From: Armatimonadota bacterium
GTDB taxonomy: Bacteria; Armatimonadota; Armatimonadia; Armatimonadales; Capsulimonadaceae
Direction of reading: 5' to 3'
Assembly (NCBI GenBank): GCA_043786835.1
Contig: JAYVVR010000202.1
Location: 1 to 32,199, forward strand
Length of the DNA: 32,199 nucleotides
Below the pieces are notes generated by a model that worked only from the letters and a program-made list of their open reading frames with translations, had not been told where the DNA came from and made no database searches. Both the position numbers and the translations under genes were made by a program. Shown piece by piece: positions 14,887-23,239 of this stretch (position 1 is its first letter; each line of letters begins with the position of its first letter).

Positions 14887-14907
14887 GCGAACATGGGGGT
14901 TCGCCCC
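14887..14907. repeat. Copy F of the GGGCGAAC..GTTCGC palindromic element
   Basis: The minus strand reads ggggcgaacccccatgttcgc, versus copy D gggcgaaccttatgttcgccc. The 9+8 nt arms are identical with a variable loop. It is intergenic between the EpsI-like and DUF5916-like genes, in the same orientation relative to transcription as copy D. Confidence 0.65.
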
Positions 14908-14944
14908 GGCGGGGCAGCTGCCCTTCTTTGTCGTGCTCGCCCGT

Positions 14945-15586
14945 TTAGGCACCAGGCGCGATGCGTGACTTTAGCGAACGCCATAGCTCAGCGGTAAATG
15001 TCAGCAGGTGCGCTTTGCGGCGGCTCTCCGTAGCAGGGTCCTGACTCAGCGGCTCAATCAAGCGGAAAAAGTAAACCGGGGTACTTTGCCGGCCAAAAAG
15101 TGCATTTTCCATCATGGCGGCCCGGATGCGTGTGCTGCTGCTCAAAACCTGGTTGTCCACAACGTAAAAATAGGACACCGAGACGTCGGGCAGACCGGCG
15201 GTCGTACAGCCGGCATAAGTCTGCATCACAATCGGCGTTCCCGGTACGGCCAGCGTGTTCGGGTCGGACAGCCGGTAGCCGCTGAGGCACAGGCGCGGGT
15301 CGTGCAGCGCGACCCCCGCCGTGCCGCTCAGTAAGAGAAAGTCAATTGTATCAGGCCGGGTGCCGTAAGTGCGGAACAGCATTTTCGAGCCGGGCAGCGC
15401 ACCCATCAAGTAGTTGCCCGGCGCAATGTCGCCCGGCGACTTGTCCCCGGCAACCTGCTTTGGCACATCGGCGGACGCAACCCCAATGGGAAACGATTCC
15501 AGCGGCGGGTGCCAGAAATGAGCGGCTCCCGCCGCGCTGCACAAAGACAGCGTTAAAACAGCGGCAGCCCAGCGAAAGTGCGGCAT
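14945..15586 (-). CDS. epsI: Exosortase-associated EpsI family protein
   Basis: Signal/anchor 'AAAVLTLSLCSAAGAA'. 'HDPRLCLSGYRL' matches the EpsI signature (H.Pe.Cl.G.Gw). AAGGAGA lies 5 nt upstream of ATG 15586. It overlaps the exosortase gene by 34 nt. Confidence 0.7.
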   Translation of the reverse strand: MPHFRWAAAVLTLSLCSAAGAAHFWHPPLESFPIGVASADVPKQVAGDKSPGDIAPGNYLMGALPGSKMLFRTYGTRPDTIDFLLLSGTAGVALHDPRLCLSGYRLSDPNTLAVPGTPIVMQTYAGCTTAGLPDVSVSYFYVVDNQVLSSSTRIRAAMMENALFGRQSTPVYFFRLIEPLSQDPATESRRKAHLLTFTAELWRSLKSRIAPGA

Positions 15587-16455
15587 CCCAGTCTCCTTGC
15601 AATCCCAAATAAAACCAAGAGGCCCAGCCCAACCACGGCAAGGCCGCTCGGGTCATGGATCAAATGCTCGGCCCTTGCCCCGAAGCTGTCCCCAACGACG
15701 GCGAGCAGAGTCAAGCGAAAAACATTGTCGGCAACCGCGAGTGGCAGCGACAGCGCAAACAGCACGAGGCGCCGGGCTTGCGAGCCGTCGGCAAGCCAGG
15801 CGAACGCCGAGGAAATCACCAGCAGTGTCAGAAGCAGCATGAACCCAGAACATGGCTCTTCGACAAACAGTGAAAAGCTGTCAAGCGTAATCACGTTGCC
15901 ATGCAAATTTGTCGGGAACTGCAAAACATGGAGAAGCCGGTTCGTCAGCTCAGTCGAGAGCTGCTGGCTTCCAAAAGTCGCCTCGTGCAGCAGCGGGCCA
16001 GGCAGCGGGGACATCCAGACAAGAAACAGCAGCGGGAACCAGGCCGCACGGAAAAAGCGCCCGCCCAGCATCAGCCAGACGCCGCTCCAGACCGAACCTA
16101 GTACGCCCAGTGACGCCACCGCCAGCAGCTCATGTTTTACGCCGAGCAGCATCAGTCCAAGCGATGCGAGAAGCGCCGGCAGCGCGGCGTAAGAAGGCGT
16201 CAGCGGCACGGTTTTCAGTAGGTCTCGCCGGTGCCAGAGCATCAGCGCGACAAGCGCGGGAATCGCCGGGCCATAGACATAAAACGAGTTCGGCGCCAGA
16301 TACGCCGCAATCCACTGGGACACGACAACCCAGGAGACAAGCGCGAATAGGACGGCAGACACAGCCAGCAACGCAAGTGTCAGGGGGTCAGGCCGCGCCA
16401 GAAATGGCGGCGGTGGGGGTTCAGATGGTGCCGTAGTTTGTTCTTGAGTAATCAT
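15553..16455 (-). CDS. Exosortase family protein (EpsH/Xrt-type transpeptidase)
   Basis: 300 aa polytopic membrane protein. It has the conserved Cys motif 'EEPCSGFMLL', Arg motif 'ADNVFRL' and a downstream His ('AEHLIHDPSG'). Confidence 0.85.
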   Translation of the reverse strand: MITQEQTTAPSEPPPPPFLARPDPLTLALLAVSAVLFALVSWVVVSQWIAAYLAPNSFYVYGPAIPALVALMLWHRRDLLKTVPLTPSYAALPALLASLGLMLLGVKHELLAVASLGVLGSVWSGVWLMLGGRFFRAAWFPLLFLVWMSPLPGPLLHEATFGSQQLSTELTNRLLHVLQFPTNLHGNVITLDSFSLFVEEPCSGFMLLLTLLVISSAFAWLADGSQARRLVLFALSLPLAVADNVFRLTLLAVVGDSFGARAEHLIHDPSGLAVVGLGLLVLFGIARRLGCRTFAGLPLF

Positions 16456-16464
16456 AAAGCGTTC

Positions 16465-17676
16465 TTACCGAGCCGGCAGGCTGGCTGTCTTTGGCGCGGC
16501 GGCTTTGGCGGCGACGGCGGCATCCAAATCGCCCAAATACGGCTGGTAATTGGTCATGTCGAAGACGGGCTTGTTTGCGGCATACAGTGCCAGCAGCTCT
16601 GCGGCGGCGGACGGGGCTTTTTGCAGGCGTAGCTCGCGGGCGACCAGATCATGCACCTGCACCAGCGGCGGCAGTGTGCCTGCAACATGAGAATTGGCCT
16701 TGACAATCAGCGCCACGCCCTGGTTCGGCCCGGTGGCATGCGCGGAATAGACCTGCACCGCGCCGTCTTTTTGGGCGAGGATCGCCTGACGCAGTGCCGG
16801 CGACAGCGCCCCGGCGGGCAGACCGAAGCCGTTGATGCCGTCCACCCGCAGGCCAGGAATGGCGGCGATGCCCGCCGGGGACATACCCGTTCCAAGCAGA
16901 TGCACCGCCTGCGCCGTCTTTTCGGCGTTCGGCGCAATCACTAATGTCGCCTGCATCTGGGCCGGCAGCGTGTATTTCGCGGCGTGTTTAGCATACTCGC
17001 CTGCAATCTCGGCGTTGCTGACCACAATGCCCTGCATCCGCAAGTTTTCGAGTGCGATGTCCTGACCAATGGCTGTCCGCAGCTCGGCCGGCGGCAGGTT
17101 CGGCAGTGCGCCCGAGCGGCGCAGAAGAGCAATCCGGGCATCAGTGTCGGCGTTTGTCGGGGTCGCTTTCGCCCGCGCGGCGGCCTGTTTAATAACTTCA
17201 GCGACGACCATGCGGGTCAGGACCGGCTTGCCGGCGGCGGCGTCTAAGTTCGCTTCATACTCACGCTTCGAGACCGCATGGTTGCCGATTGTCAGGAGGG
17301 CGCGGCTTGGCGACCAGCGCACAAACAGCACGACGTTCGCCAGCAGGGACACGGCAGCGAGAACATAAACCGTGCGCGACAGGAACCGGCGCAGCTTGGG
17401 CTTGCCCGCCCCACCGCCGAAACTCCGGCCGGTTTCGCGCAGGGTATCGAGGCGAAGGGCGTTCGCGACGGCGGCCCTGCGCTCGGCGGCATTGCGTCGC
17501 AGGCTTTGGAAGAAGTGCGCCCGCTGCTTGGCGGCCTTTTGACCGTCGGCGGCTTTAAAAACTTCGCCCTGACGACGGGCGTACTCTTTTTGCGTTTTCT
17601 GGTGCGCGACGCGCCGCCGGCGCACCTCTAAGCGGTGCTGAAAATCCTGGATGAGCTTCGATAAAGGGTTGGGCAT
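16465..17676 (-). CDS. Membrane-anchored SurA/PpiC-like periplasmic chaperone (degenerate parvulin-type)
   Basis: About 100-aa basic N-terminal region, one TM ('VYVLAAVSLLANVVLFV'), then a region resembling a SurA N-terminal domain plus a parvulin-like fold ('TIGNHAVSKREYE...', 'ATLVIAPNAEKTAQ'). The family call is tentative. Confidence 0.45.
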   Translation of the reverse strand: MPNPLSKLIQDFQHRLEVRRRRVAHQKTQKEYARRQGEVFKAADGQKAAKQRAHFFQSLRRNAAERRAAVANALRLDTLRETGRSFGGGAGKPKLRRFLSRTVYVLAAVSLLANVVLFVRWSPSRALLTIGNHAVSKREYEANLDAAAGKPVLTRMVVAEVIKQAAARAKATPTNADTDARIALLRRSGALPNLPPAELRTAIGQDIALENLRMQGIVVSNAEIAGEYAKHAAKYTLPAQMQATLVIAPNAEKTAQAVHLLGTGMSPAGIAAIPGLRVDGINGFGLPAGALSPALRQAILAQKDGAVQVYSAHATGPNQGVALIVKANSHVAGTLPPLVQVHDLVARELRLQKAPSAAAELLALYAANKPVFDMTNYQPYLGDLDAAVAAKAAAPKTASLPAR

Positions 17677-17782
17677 AAAACTATCCTAAGTATGAGGGTC
17701 TTTCTGCTGGTAAGTAAATGCATAAACTATGCCAAAGTAGGCAAGGCATCCCATCCTGCCGCCGTCGCAGAATAAATAAGGG

Positions 17783-17788
17783 TATAAT
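17783..17788 (+). promoter_or_regulatory. TATAAT -10 hexamer 6 nt upstream of the GH15 ATG (possible leaderless transcript)
   Basis: TATAAT at 17783-17788 and ATG at 17795. No convincing -35 and no well-spaced SD. Confidence 0.3.
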
Positions 17789-17794
17789 AGCACC

Positions 17795-19831
17795 ATGCCA
17801 CGAGACATCCCCATCGGCAACGGCAATCTGCTGCTGACTTTCGATTCCCGCTACACCCTGCGCGATATTTACTATCCTTTTGTCGGTCAGGCGAACCACA
17901 CGCGCGGGCAGGCATGCCGCTTCGGGGTCTGGGTAGACGGCCAGATGTCCTGGATTTCCGAGACGGCCTGGCAGAAAAATTTGCGTTACGAGAGCGAAAC
18001 CCTGGTCACAGAAGTCACGGCAGTCCACTGGGACCTCGGCCTGCGCCTGATCTGCCGGGACTGCGTGGACTTCGACCGCGACTTGTACGTCCGAAAAGTC
18101 GAGATCGAAAACTTGCGGCCGATGACCCGCGACGTGCGTCTGTTCTGGCACCACGATTTCAACTTAAACGAGTCCTCGGAGGGCAACACGGCGTACTACG
18201 CGCCTAATCTCAAAGCTTTAATTCACTACAAAGGCAAAACCTGGATGCTGGCAAGTGTCAGTGTCGAAAACGGCGGCCAAACCGACTTCGGCGTCCATCG
18301 CTACGCCATCGGCGTTTCCCATGCCCACGGCGCGGAAGGAACGTGGCGTGATGCTGAAGATGGTATTTTGGGCATGAACACTGTCGCTCAGGGTGCGGTA
18401 GACAGCACCATTGCGGCCCATGTCATGCTCGACCGGACGGCAACGATCTACTACTGGCTGGCGGCGGGCGAGGATTACGCCGCCGTGAAGCTCATTCACA
18501 ACCTCGTTCAGCACCGTGGCCCCGAGTTCTTTCAGCACCGGGCGCGGATCTATTGGAACCGCTGGGTCAACAAAGACGACATTCCCTATGGCGACCTGCC
18601 GGATGCGTTAGTTACATTATACAAGCAATCTCTCTTAATTCTACGCACTCAGATAGATAATCGCGGCGCAATCATCGCGGCAAACGACTCCGATTATTTG
18701 ACGTTCAACAATGACACTTATTCGTATATGTGGCCGCGCGACGGCGCATTAGTCGCCTATGCGCTGGATTTAGCCGGTCAGCCGGAAGTGGCGCGGAACT
18801 TCTACGAGTTCTGCAAAGACGTTTTGCTCCCTGAGGGCTACCTGCTGCACAAGTACAACCCCGACAAGTCCCTGGGATCGTCGTGGCACCCGTGGGCCGA
18901 CGGCGAAGGTCATACTCAGCTTCCTATTCAGGAAGACGAGACCTCGTTGGTTATCTGGGCCTTATGGGAGCATTACGCCCGCTACAAAGACGTTGAGTTC
19001 ATTCGGGGTTTGTACGCCCCCTTGATTCGCCGGGCCGGCGAGTTTATGACCGAGTACCGGGAGCCGCGCACGGGCCTGCCCGGCGCGTCCTATGATCTCT
19101 GGGAAGAGCGTCACGGCATCCACTTGTTTACAGTTGCGGCGGTATGGGCCGGGCTGAACGCCGCTGCGCTTTTCGCGGAGACATTCGGCGACGAGGAACA
19201 CGCGGCCTCGTTTCGGACCGCTCAAGACGAAATCAAAGCGGCTGCTCTCGTGCATCTGTGGGACCCGGAGCGCAATCGTTTTGTTCGGCGCATCACCGTG
19301 GACCGGTCAACCGGCGCAATTGATGCCGATCTCACCATTGACGCCAGCCTCTACGGCGTCTTCCAGTTCGGCATGCTGCCCGCCGACCACCCGATGGTGG
19401 TATCTACGATGGAGCAGATCGAAGAGCGGCTCTGGTGCAAAACCGACATCGGCGGCGTCGCTCGCTACGAGAACGACTACTACCACCAGATTAGCCAGGA
19501 CATCGGCGCGGTTCCCGGCAACCCGTGGATTATCTGCACCCTCTGGCTCGCCGAATGGTATATCGCCAAGGCTCAAACGCTGCCTGACCTGACCCGCGCT
19601 TTAGACATTCTCGAATGGGTCCGCAAGCATACGCTCGAGTCCGGCGTCTTGGCCGAGCAGATTCACCCGTACAACGGCGACCCGATTTCCGTCTCGCCCT
19701 TAACGTGGTCCCACGCCACCGTCGTGATGACCGTCCGCGAATACTTAGCCAAGCTCGACCAGCTCTGCGAGTCCGACTCCAAGAACGCCCTACTCTCCGG
19801 CAGCATGGACTTGTACGAGATGGCGGATTAG
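17795..19831 (+). CDS. Glycoside hydrolase family 15 (glucoamylase/trehalase-like)
   Basis: 678 aa: an N-terminal beta-sandwich region plus an (alpha/alpha)6 catalytic region. Motifs are 'YSYMWPRDGALVAYAL' and 'DLWEERHGIHLFTVAAVWAGL'. Confidence 0.9.
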   Translation: MPRDIPIGNGNLLLTFDSRYTLRDIYYPFVGQANHTRGQACRFGVWVDGQMSWISETAWQKNLRYESETLVTEVTAVHWDLGLRLICRDCVDFDRDLYVRKVEIENLRPMTRDVRLFWHHDFNLNESSEGNTAYYAPNLKALIHYKGKTWMLASVSVENGGQTDFGVHRYAIGVSHAHGAEGTWRDAEDGILGMNTVAQGAVDSTIAAHVMLDRTATIYYWLAAGEDYAAVKLIHNLVQHRGPEFFQHRARIYWNRWVNKDDIPYGDLPDALVTLYKQSLLILRTQIDNRGAIIAANDSDYLTFNNDTYSYMWPRDGALVAYALDLAGQPEVARNFYEFCKDVLLPEGYLLHKYNPDKSLGSSWHPWADGEGHTQLPIQEDETSLVIWALWEHYARYKDVEFIRGLYAPLIRRAGEFMTEYREPRTGLPGASYDLWEERHGIHLFTVAAVWAGLNAAALFAETFGDEEHAASFRTAQDEIKAAALVHLWDPERNRFVRRITVDRSTGAIDADLTIDASLYGVFQFGMLPADHPMVVSTMEQIEERLWCKTDIGGVARYENDYYHQISQDIGAVPGNPWIICTLWLAEWYIAKAQTLPDLTRALDILEWVRKHTLESGVLAEQIHPYNGDPISVSPLTWSHATVVMTVREYLAKLDQLCESDSKNALLSGSMDLYEMAD

Positions 19832-19858
19832 GCACCGCCGCGAACTTAGGGGCAATTA

Positions 19859-20176
19859 ATGATGAATAATGGCTGGTTTCTCGGACTTGAGGTCAGTTTG
19901 GCTGTCAGCATATTTACCGCCATTGTTCGGCGAGTTTGGCCGATGTCTGACCCCAATGCAAGACGCCTTGCTTACCTAGAGCGCAGGGTCAGTGAGATGT
20001 CGAAGCAATTAGGGATCGAGGAAGCCCCGCCGATTGGGGTGCAGGAGCTAATCGTGCAAGGGCGCAAAATACATGCCATCAAGTTATACAGGGAACAGAC
20101 CGGAATGGGTTTAACGGCCTCCAAAGAAGCGGTAGACGTGATGGAAGCACAGATGAAGACGGCAGGTTTGGCATAG
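19859..20176 (+). CDS. Small protein with a ribosomal L7/L12 C-terminal-like domain and an N-terminal hydrophobic segment
   Basis: 'RKIHAIKLYREQTGMGLTASKEAVDVME' matches the L7/L12 CTD motif (KI.aIK.vRe.TGlGLkEAK..Ve). N-terminal 'WFLGLEVSLAVSIFTAIV'. An alternative start is at 19943. Confidence 0.55.
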   Translation: MMNNGWFLGLEVSLAVSIFTAIVRRVWPMSDPNARRLAYLERRVSEMSKQLGIEEAPPIGVQELIVQGRKIHAIKLYREQTGMGLTASKEAVDVMEAQMKTAGLA

Positions 20177-20204
20177 GCGACACTTCGCATCTCAGGAGAT
20201 ATTC

Positions 20205-20507
20205 ATGGCGTTGACACTTGAAATTTCGCCGGACATGGAAACTCTGCTGCGGCTCAAAGCAGCGCAAAGCAACCAAGACATTACGGCTTATCTGCTGAAA
20301 CTCGTCGAGAGCGACCTAAACATTGATCTTTCCGAGCACAAGGGATCGGAAGATTATGCGTCGGCAGTTGCCGGCATTCAGGCAGGCATTGAGGACTTCA
20401 ATACCGGCAACAGCATTTCCTTTGAAGAATGGTGCGCTCGGGAAGCGGAACGAAAACAAGAGCGGCATCAGCCTGGTACTCGCAGCCTTGAAAAAGCTGC
20501 CGGATGA
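20205..20507 (+). CDS. Type II antitoxin, RHH-like N-domain with a ParD/RelB-type C-terminal region
   Basis: N-terminus 'LEISPDMETLLRLKAAQSNQDITAYLLKLVESD' is paralogous to the vapB N-terminus at 8374. 'AGIEDFNTGNSISFEEW' is typical of antitoxins paired with ParE/RelE toxins. The stop overlaps the next ORF (ATGA). Confidence 0.65.
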   Translation: MALTLEISPDMETLLRLKAAQSNQDITAYLLKLVESDLNIDLSEHKGSEDYASAVAGIQAGIEDFNTGNSISFEEWCAREAERKQERHQPGTRSLEKAAG

Positions 20508-20859
20508 ACAATCCTAAAGAAAATGGATTTGAGGAAGAGCCGTCAACAAGATGGGCTATACGAATTTCCAAACGGGCCGACACGGAAATCACGGCGGCCC
20601 GGCAGCATTTTACGCGCACGGCGGGCGAAAATATTGCAGAAGAATGGCAGGAAGGGCTGCAACAAGAGATTGCGAAACTGGCTCAGTTTCCGGCACGTCT
20701 TCCGGTCGCACCCGAGCGCGCGGCCCAGCCTATCGCCTCTTTTTCTTTTTGAGAGATGACGGGCAAGATGCCCCCACAGTAGCAATCGTGCATGTCCGGC
20801 ACTCGGCACAAAAGACAATGACACGCAAAGAAGCGAAAGAAATTACAGCGGCTGAATGA
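20504..20859 (+). pseudogene. ParE/RelE-family toxin interrupted by a frameshift
   Basis: The first frame (20504-20752) gives 'WAIRISKRADTEITAARQHF...EIAKLAQFPARLPV'. The next frame continues 'YRLFFFLRDDGQDAPTVAIVHVRHSAQ' to TGA 20857-20859. Together these form a complete ParE-like fold pattern. The shift must lie near 20715-20731. Confidence 0.65.
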
Positions 20860-21455
20860 GCATAAAAGCCGTGATTTTTGATGCCGATGGGGTATTAATC
20901 TTCCCGTGGCTCTTTGCAGAGCATCTGGACGGCGAGTTTCAGATTACGCGGGAGGCGACACGGGCATTTTTTGAGGGCAAGTTCACCGAATGTCTGTTGG
21001 GGCGGGCAGATCTCTCGGAAGTCCTGCCGCCGTATCTCGACGAGTGGGGCTGGACAGGGTCGGTGGCCGAGTTTATGCGGCTCTGGTTTTCAGTGGAGGA
21101 CGCGGTGGACGCTCGGATGCTGGGTGCAGTGCAAAGTCTGCGTGGGGACGGCATTTTGTGCTATTTGGCAAGCAACCAAGAGAAGCACCGGTCGGAATAC
21201 ATGCGGACAGTCATGGGGTTTGATGCTGACTTTGACCGGCTGTTTTTCTCGTGCGAGATCGGCGCAAAAAAACCCGATGCGCGGTTTTATGAAGCTATCG
21301 AGGGGGCGATTGGCCTGGATGGCGGCCAGATTGCATTTTGGGATGACTCGCCGTCCCACGTAAACGCCGCGAGTCTGCGGGGATGGCAGGCGAAATTGTA
21401 CACGAGCTACGAAGACTTTGAGTGCCAAATGATGGAGATAAAAACAGTAATTTGA
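20856..21455 (+). CDS. HAD-superfamily hydrolase
   Basis: Motif I 'VIFDADGVLI' (DxDG) sits at the N-terminus, followed by later S/T, K and DD-type motifs ('FWDDSPSHV'). Confidence 0.85.
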   Translation: MSIKAVIFDADGVLIFPWLFAEHLDGEFQITREATRAFFEGKFTECLLGRADLSEVLPPYLDEWGWTGSVAEFMRLWFSVEDAVDARMLGAVQSLRGDGILCYLASNQEKHRSEYMRTVMGFDADFDRLFFSCEIGAKKPDARFYEAIEGAIGLDGGQIAFWDDSPSHVNAASLRGWQAKLYTSYEDFECQMMEIKTVI

Positions 21456-22261
21456 CAGGATGGCGCAAACAACCAATCGGCGATCTGCCGCTGTATCAGG
21501 CGCAAACAATGGCCTGGCTGCCGCGTATCACGCAGGGCTTTACGACCAGAAAGGGCGGAGTCAGTGTCGCGCCGTATGATTCGCTGAATCTCGGGGCACA
21601 TATTGGCGATGACCTGGCGCAGGTGATGGCAAATCGGCGGCGAGTGTGGCATGACTTAGGGGTCGCTGAAGAGAATGTGGTGCTGGCGGAGCAGGTGCAT
21701 GGCGATAAAATCGCGGTTGTCACGGCAGGGGCGGGGTTAGCGCCGATGGCCGGGGTAGACGCTTTAGTCACAAACACGCCGGGCCTACTATTGATGCTGT
21801 TTTTCGCCGACTGCGTTCCTGTCTACCTGGTGGACCCAATCAAAAAAGTCATCGGCCTCGCTCATGCTGGGTGGCGCGGGACGGCGGCAGATATTGCCGG
21901 CAAGACGCTCCAGACGATGATACAGGAATATGGCTGTGTCCCATCGGTGTGTTTTGCCGCTCTCGGGCCATCTATCGGCGAGGGCAGCTATGAAGTCGGG
22001 CCGGAAGTTGCAGACAGGTTTCGGTCCCTGCCGGGGGCGCGGGCAGCGAATGTCGTGACCCCACGCTCGGATCTCGGTGGCACTTACAATCTGAACTTGC
22101 GGACGGTCATTTTCGGACAGCTGCTCGCGGCGGGAGTGCCGGCAGGGGCGATTGCAGTCTGCGACGAAGACACGTTCCGCAACAAGCGCGACTTCTTCTC
22201 GTATCGCCGCGACGGGGCCGCAACCGGGCGTATGGCCGCTTTTTTAGGAATTCAAGGTTAG
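21422..22261 (+). CDS. pgeF: Peptidoglycan editing factor PgeF / YfiH (DUF152, polyphenol-oxidase-like)
   Basis: 'GFTTRKGGVSVAPYDSLNLGAHIGDD', 'QVHG', 'FADCVPV' and 'HAGWRGT' are the family hallmarks. The start is uncertain: ATG 21422 overlaps the HAD gene by 34 nt; alternatives are TTG 21452 (TTGA overlap) and ATG 21509. Confidence 0.85.
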   Translation: MPNDGDKNSNLTGWRKQPIGDLPLYQAQTMAWLPRITQGFTTRKGGVSVAPYDSLNLGAHIGDDLAQVMANRRRVWHDLGVAEENVVLAEQVHGDKIAVVTAGAGLAPMAGVDALVTNTPGLLLMLFFADCVPVYLVDPIKKVIGLAHAGWRGTAADIAGKTLQTMIQEYGCVPSVCFAALGPSIGEGSYEVGPEVADRFRSLPGARAANVVTPRSDLGGTYNLNLRTVIFGQLLAAGVPAGAIAVCDEDTFRNKRDFFSYRRDGAATGRMAAFLGIQG

Positions 22262-22280
22262 GACTCAAAGGAGGGGCGGG

Positions 22281-22778
22281 ATGAACCGTTTATTTGTCGG
22301 ATTCGCGCTAGCTGTCTTGATTGTGGCGCTTGTCTTTATCAATCAGGGCGTCAAAAAGTCGGGGACACCAGACCATGACGAGGATGCACCGCCGCGGACT
22401 GCGGCGGCGGCCCAAAAACCTGCCGTCAAAGTGCCGGGGATGGCGACCACCGCAACCGATTTGCCTGCCGAGCAGACGGTCGGGGACCCGGCGTCGGCTA
22501 AACACAAAATCGTCGTCGGATGGTCTTACAACGAAGTTAACCAGCAGAAGCCGGAAACGCTTGCTGCGCCCCTAAAAGCCATTAGAAACTATGCCCAGAA
22601 GACCGGCAGCAGTGTGGTGATTGTCAACACCGATGTTCCCGTCTCCGATCGCTCCCCTGCCGCTCGAAGCATCACCAAAAATGGCGTCTTCGTAGACGGC
22701 AAGCCAGTCGTCAGCGGCGACCTGTCTGCAAAGCCCGCTCAGGAAGTCGTCGGTGCAGTGCAGGCGGCGGCTAAGTAG
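22281..22778 (+). CDS. Hypothetical membrane-anchored protein
   Basis: AAAGGAGGGG SD lies upstream. N-terminal TM 'LFVGFALAVLIVALVFI'. No family recognised. Confidence 0.55.
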   Translation: MNRLFVGFALAVLIVALVFINQGVKKSGTPDHDEDAPPRTAAAAQKPAVKVPGMATTATDLPAEQTVGDPASAKHKIVVGWSYNEVNQQKPETLAAPLKAIRNYAQKTGSSVVIVNTDVPVSDRSPAARSITKNGVFVDGKPVVSGDLSAKPAQEVVGAVQAAAK

Positions 22779-22779
22779 C

Positions 22780-23187
22780 CTATTTTTCGGCGCGTTGACG
22801 GGTCCCGACCTGAGACAGCTTCAGGGCGACTTTAAATACGTTTGAGAGATTAGAGGCATACGAAAGTGCCGGCTTCATTTCTCCCGGATGAATTGACTGG
22901 ACCGCGTCTTTGATATGAGATGCCGCATCTTTCACAGCTAAGACGGCGACCTTAGCCGAGGTGCCGATATGTTTGCCGCGCACGGTTTCCTGCTGGGCGA
23001 TGCCCTTGACAGTGATCGTCAGGTTCCTGCCTGCTGCTAAAGGCCGCTTATAAAGCCGCCCGGCGTTATCTATCACCGAAGTTTTCAGCTTCAGAGCGGT
23101 TGAGGCAAGAAAGATCAAAACGCCGATAAGGCCAGCCAGCGCAAGAATGCAAAAGGCCGTGCCAACCAGGAACAAAATACTAGACAT
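22780..23187 (-). CDS. Hypothetical membrane protein, 135 aa
   Basis: Start taken at ATG 23187 ('MSSILFLVGTAFCILALAGLIGVLIFL'). The listed 23337 start would run across the divergent gene at 23240. Confidence 0.45.
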   Translation of the reverse strand: MSSILFLVGTAFCILALAGLIGVLIFLASTALKLKTSVIDNAGRLYKRPLAAGRNLTITVKGIAQQETVRGKHIGTSAKVAVLAVKDAASHIKDAVQSIHPGEMKPALSYASNLSNVFKVALKLSQVGTRQRAEK

Positions 23188-23239
23188 CGTGATTTTCCTA
23201 TCAAGTTTACGTGAATAAAAGACAAGGAGAGATTGCCCC

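Noticed and set aside
14757-14984. N-terminal 76-codon extension of the DUF5916-like ORF (start at 14984)
   Set aside because: The extension would overlap the EpsI-like gene and place the obvious signal peptide (MRRFFLLIFLLLF...) internally. ATG 14756 is the sensible start.
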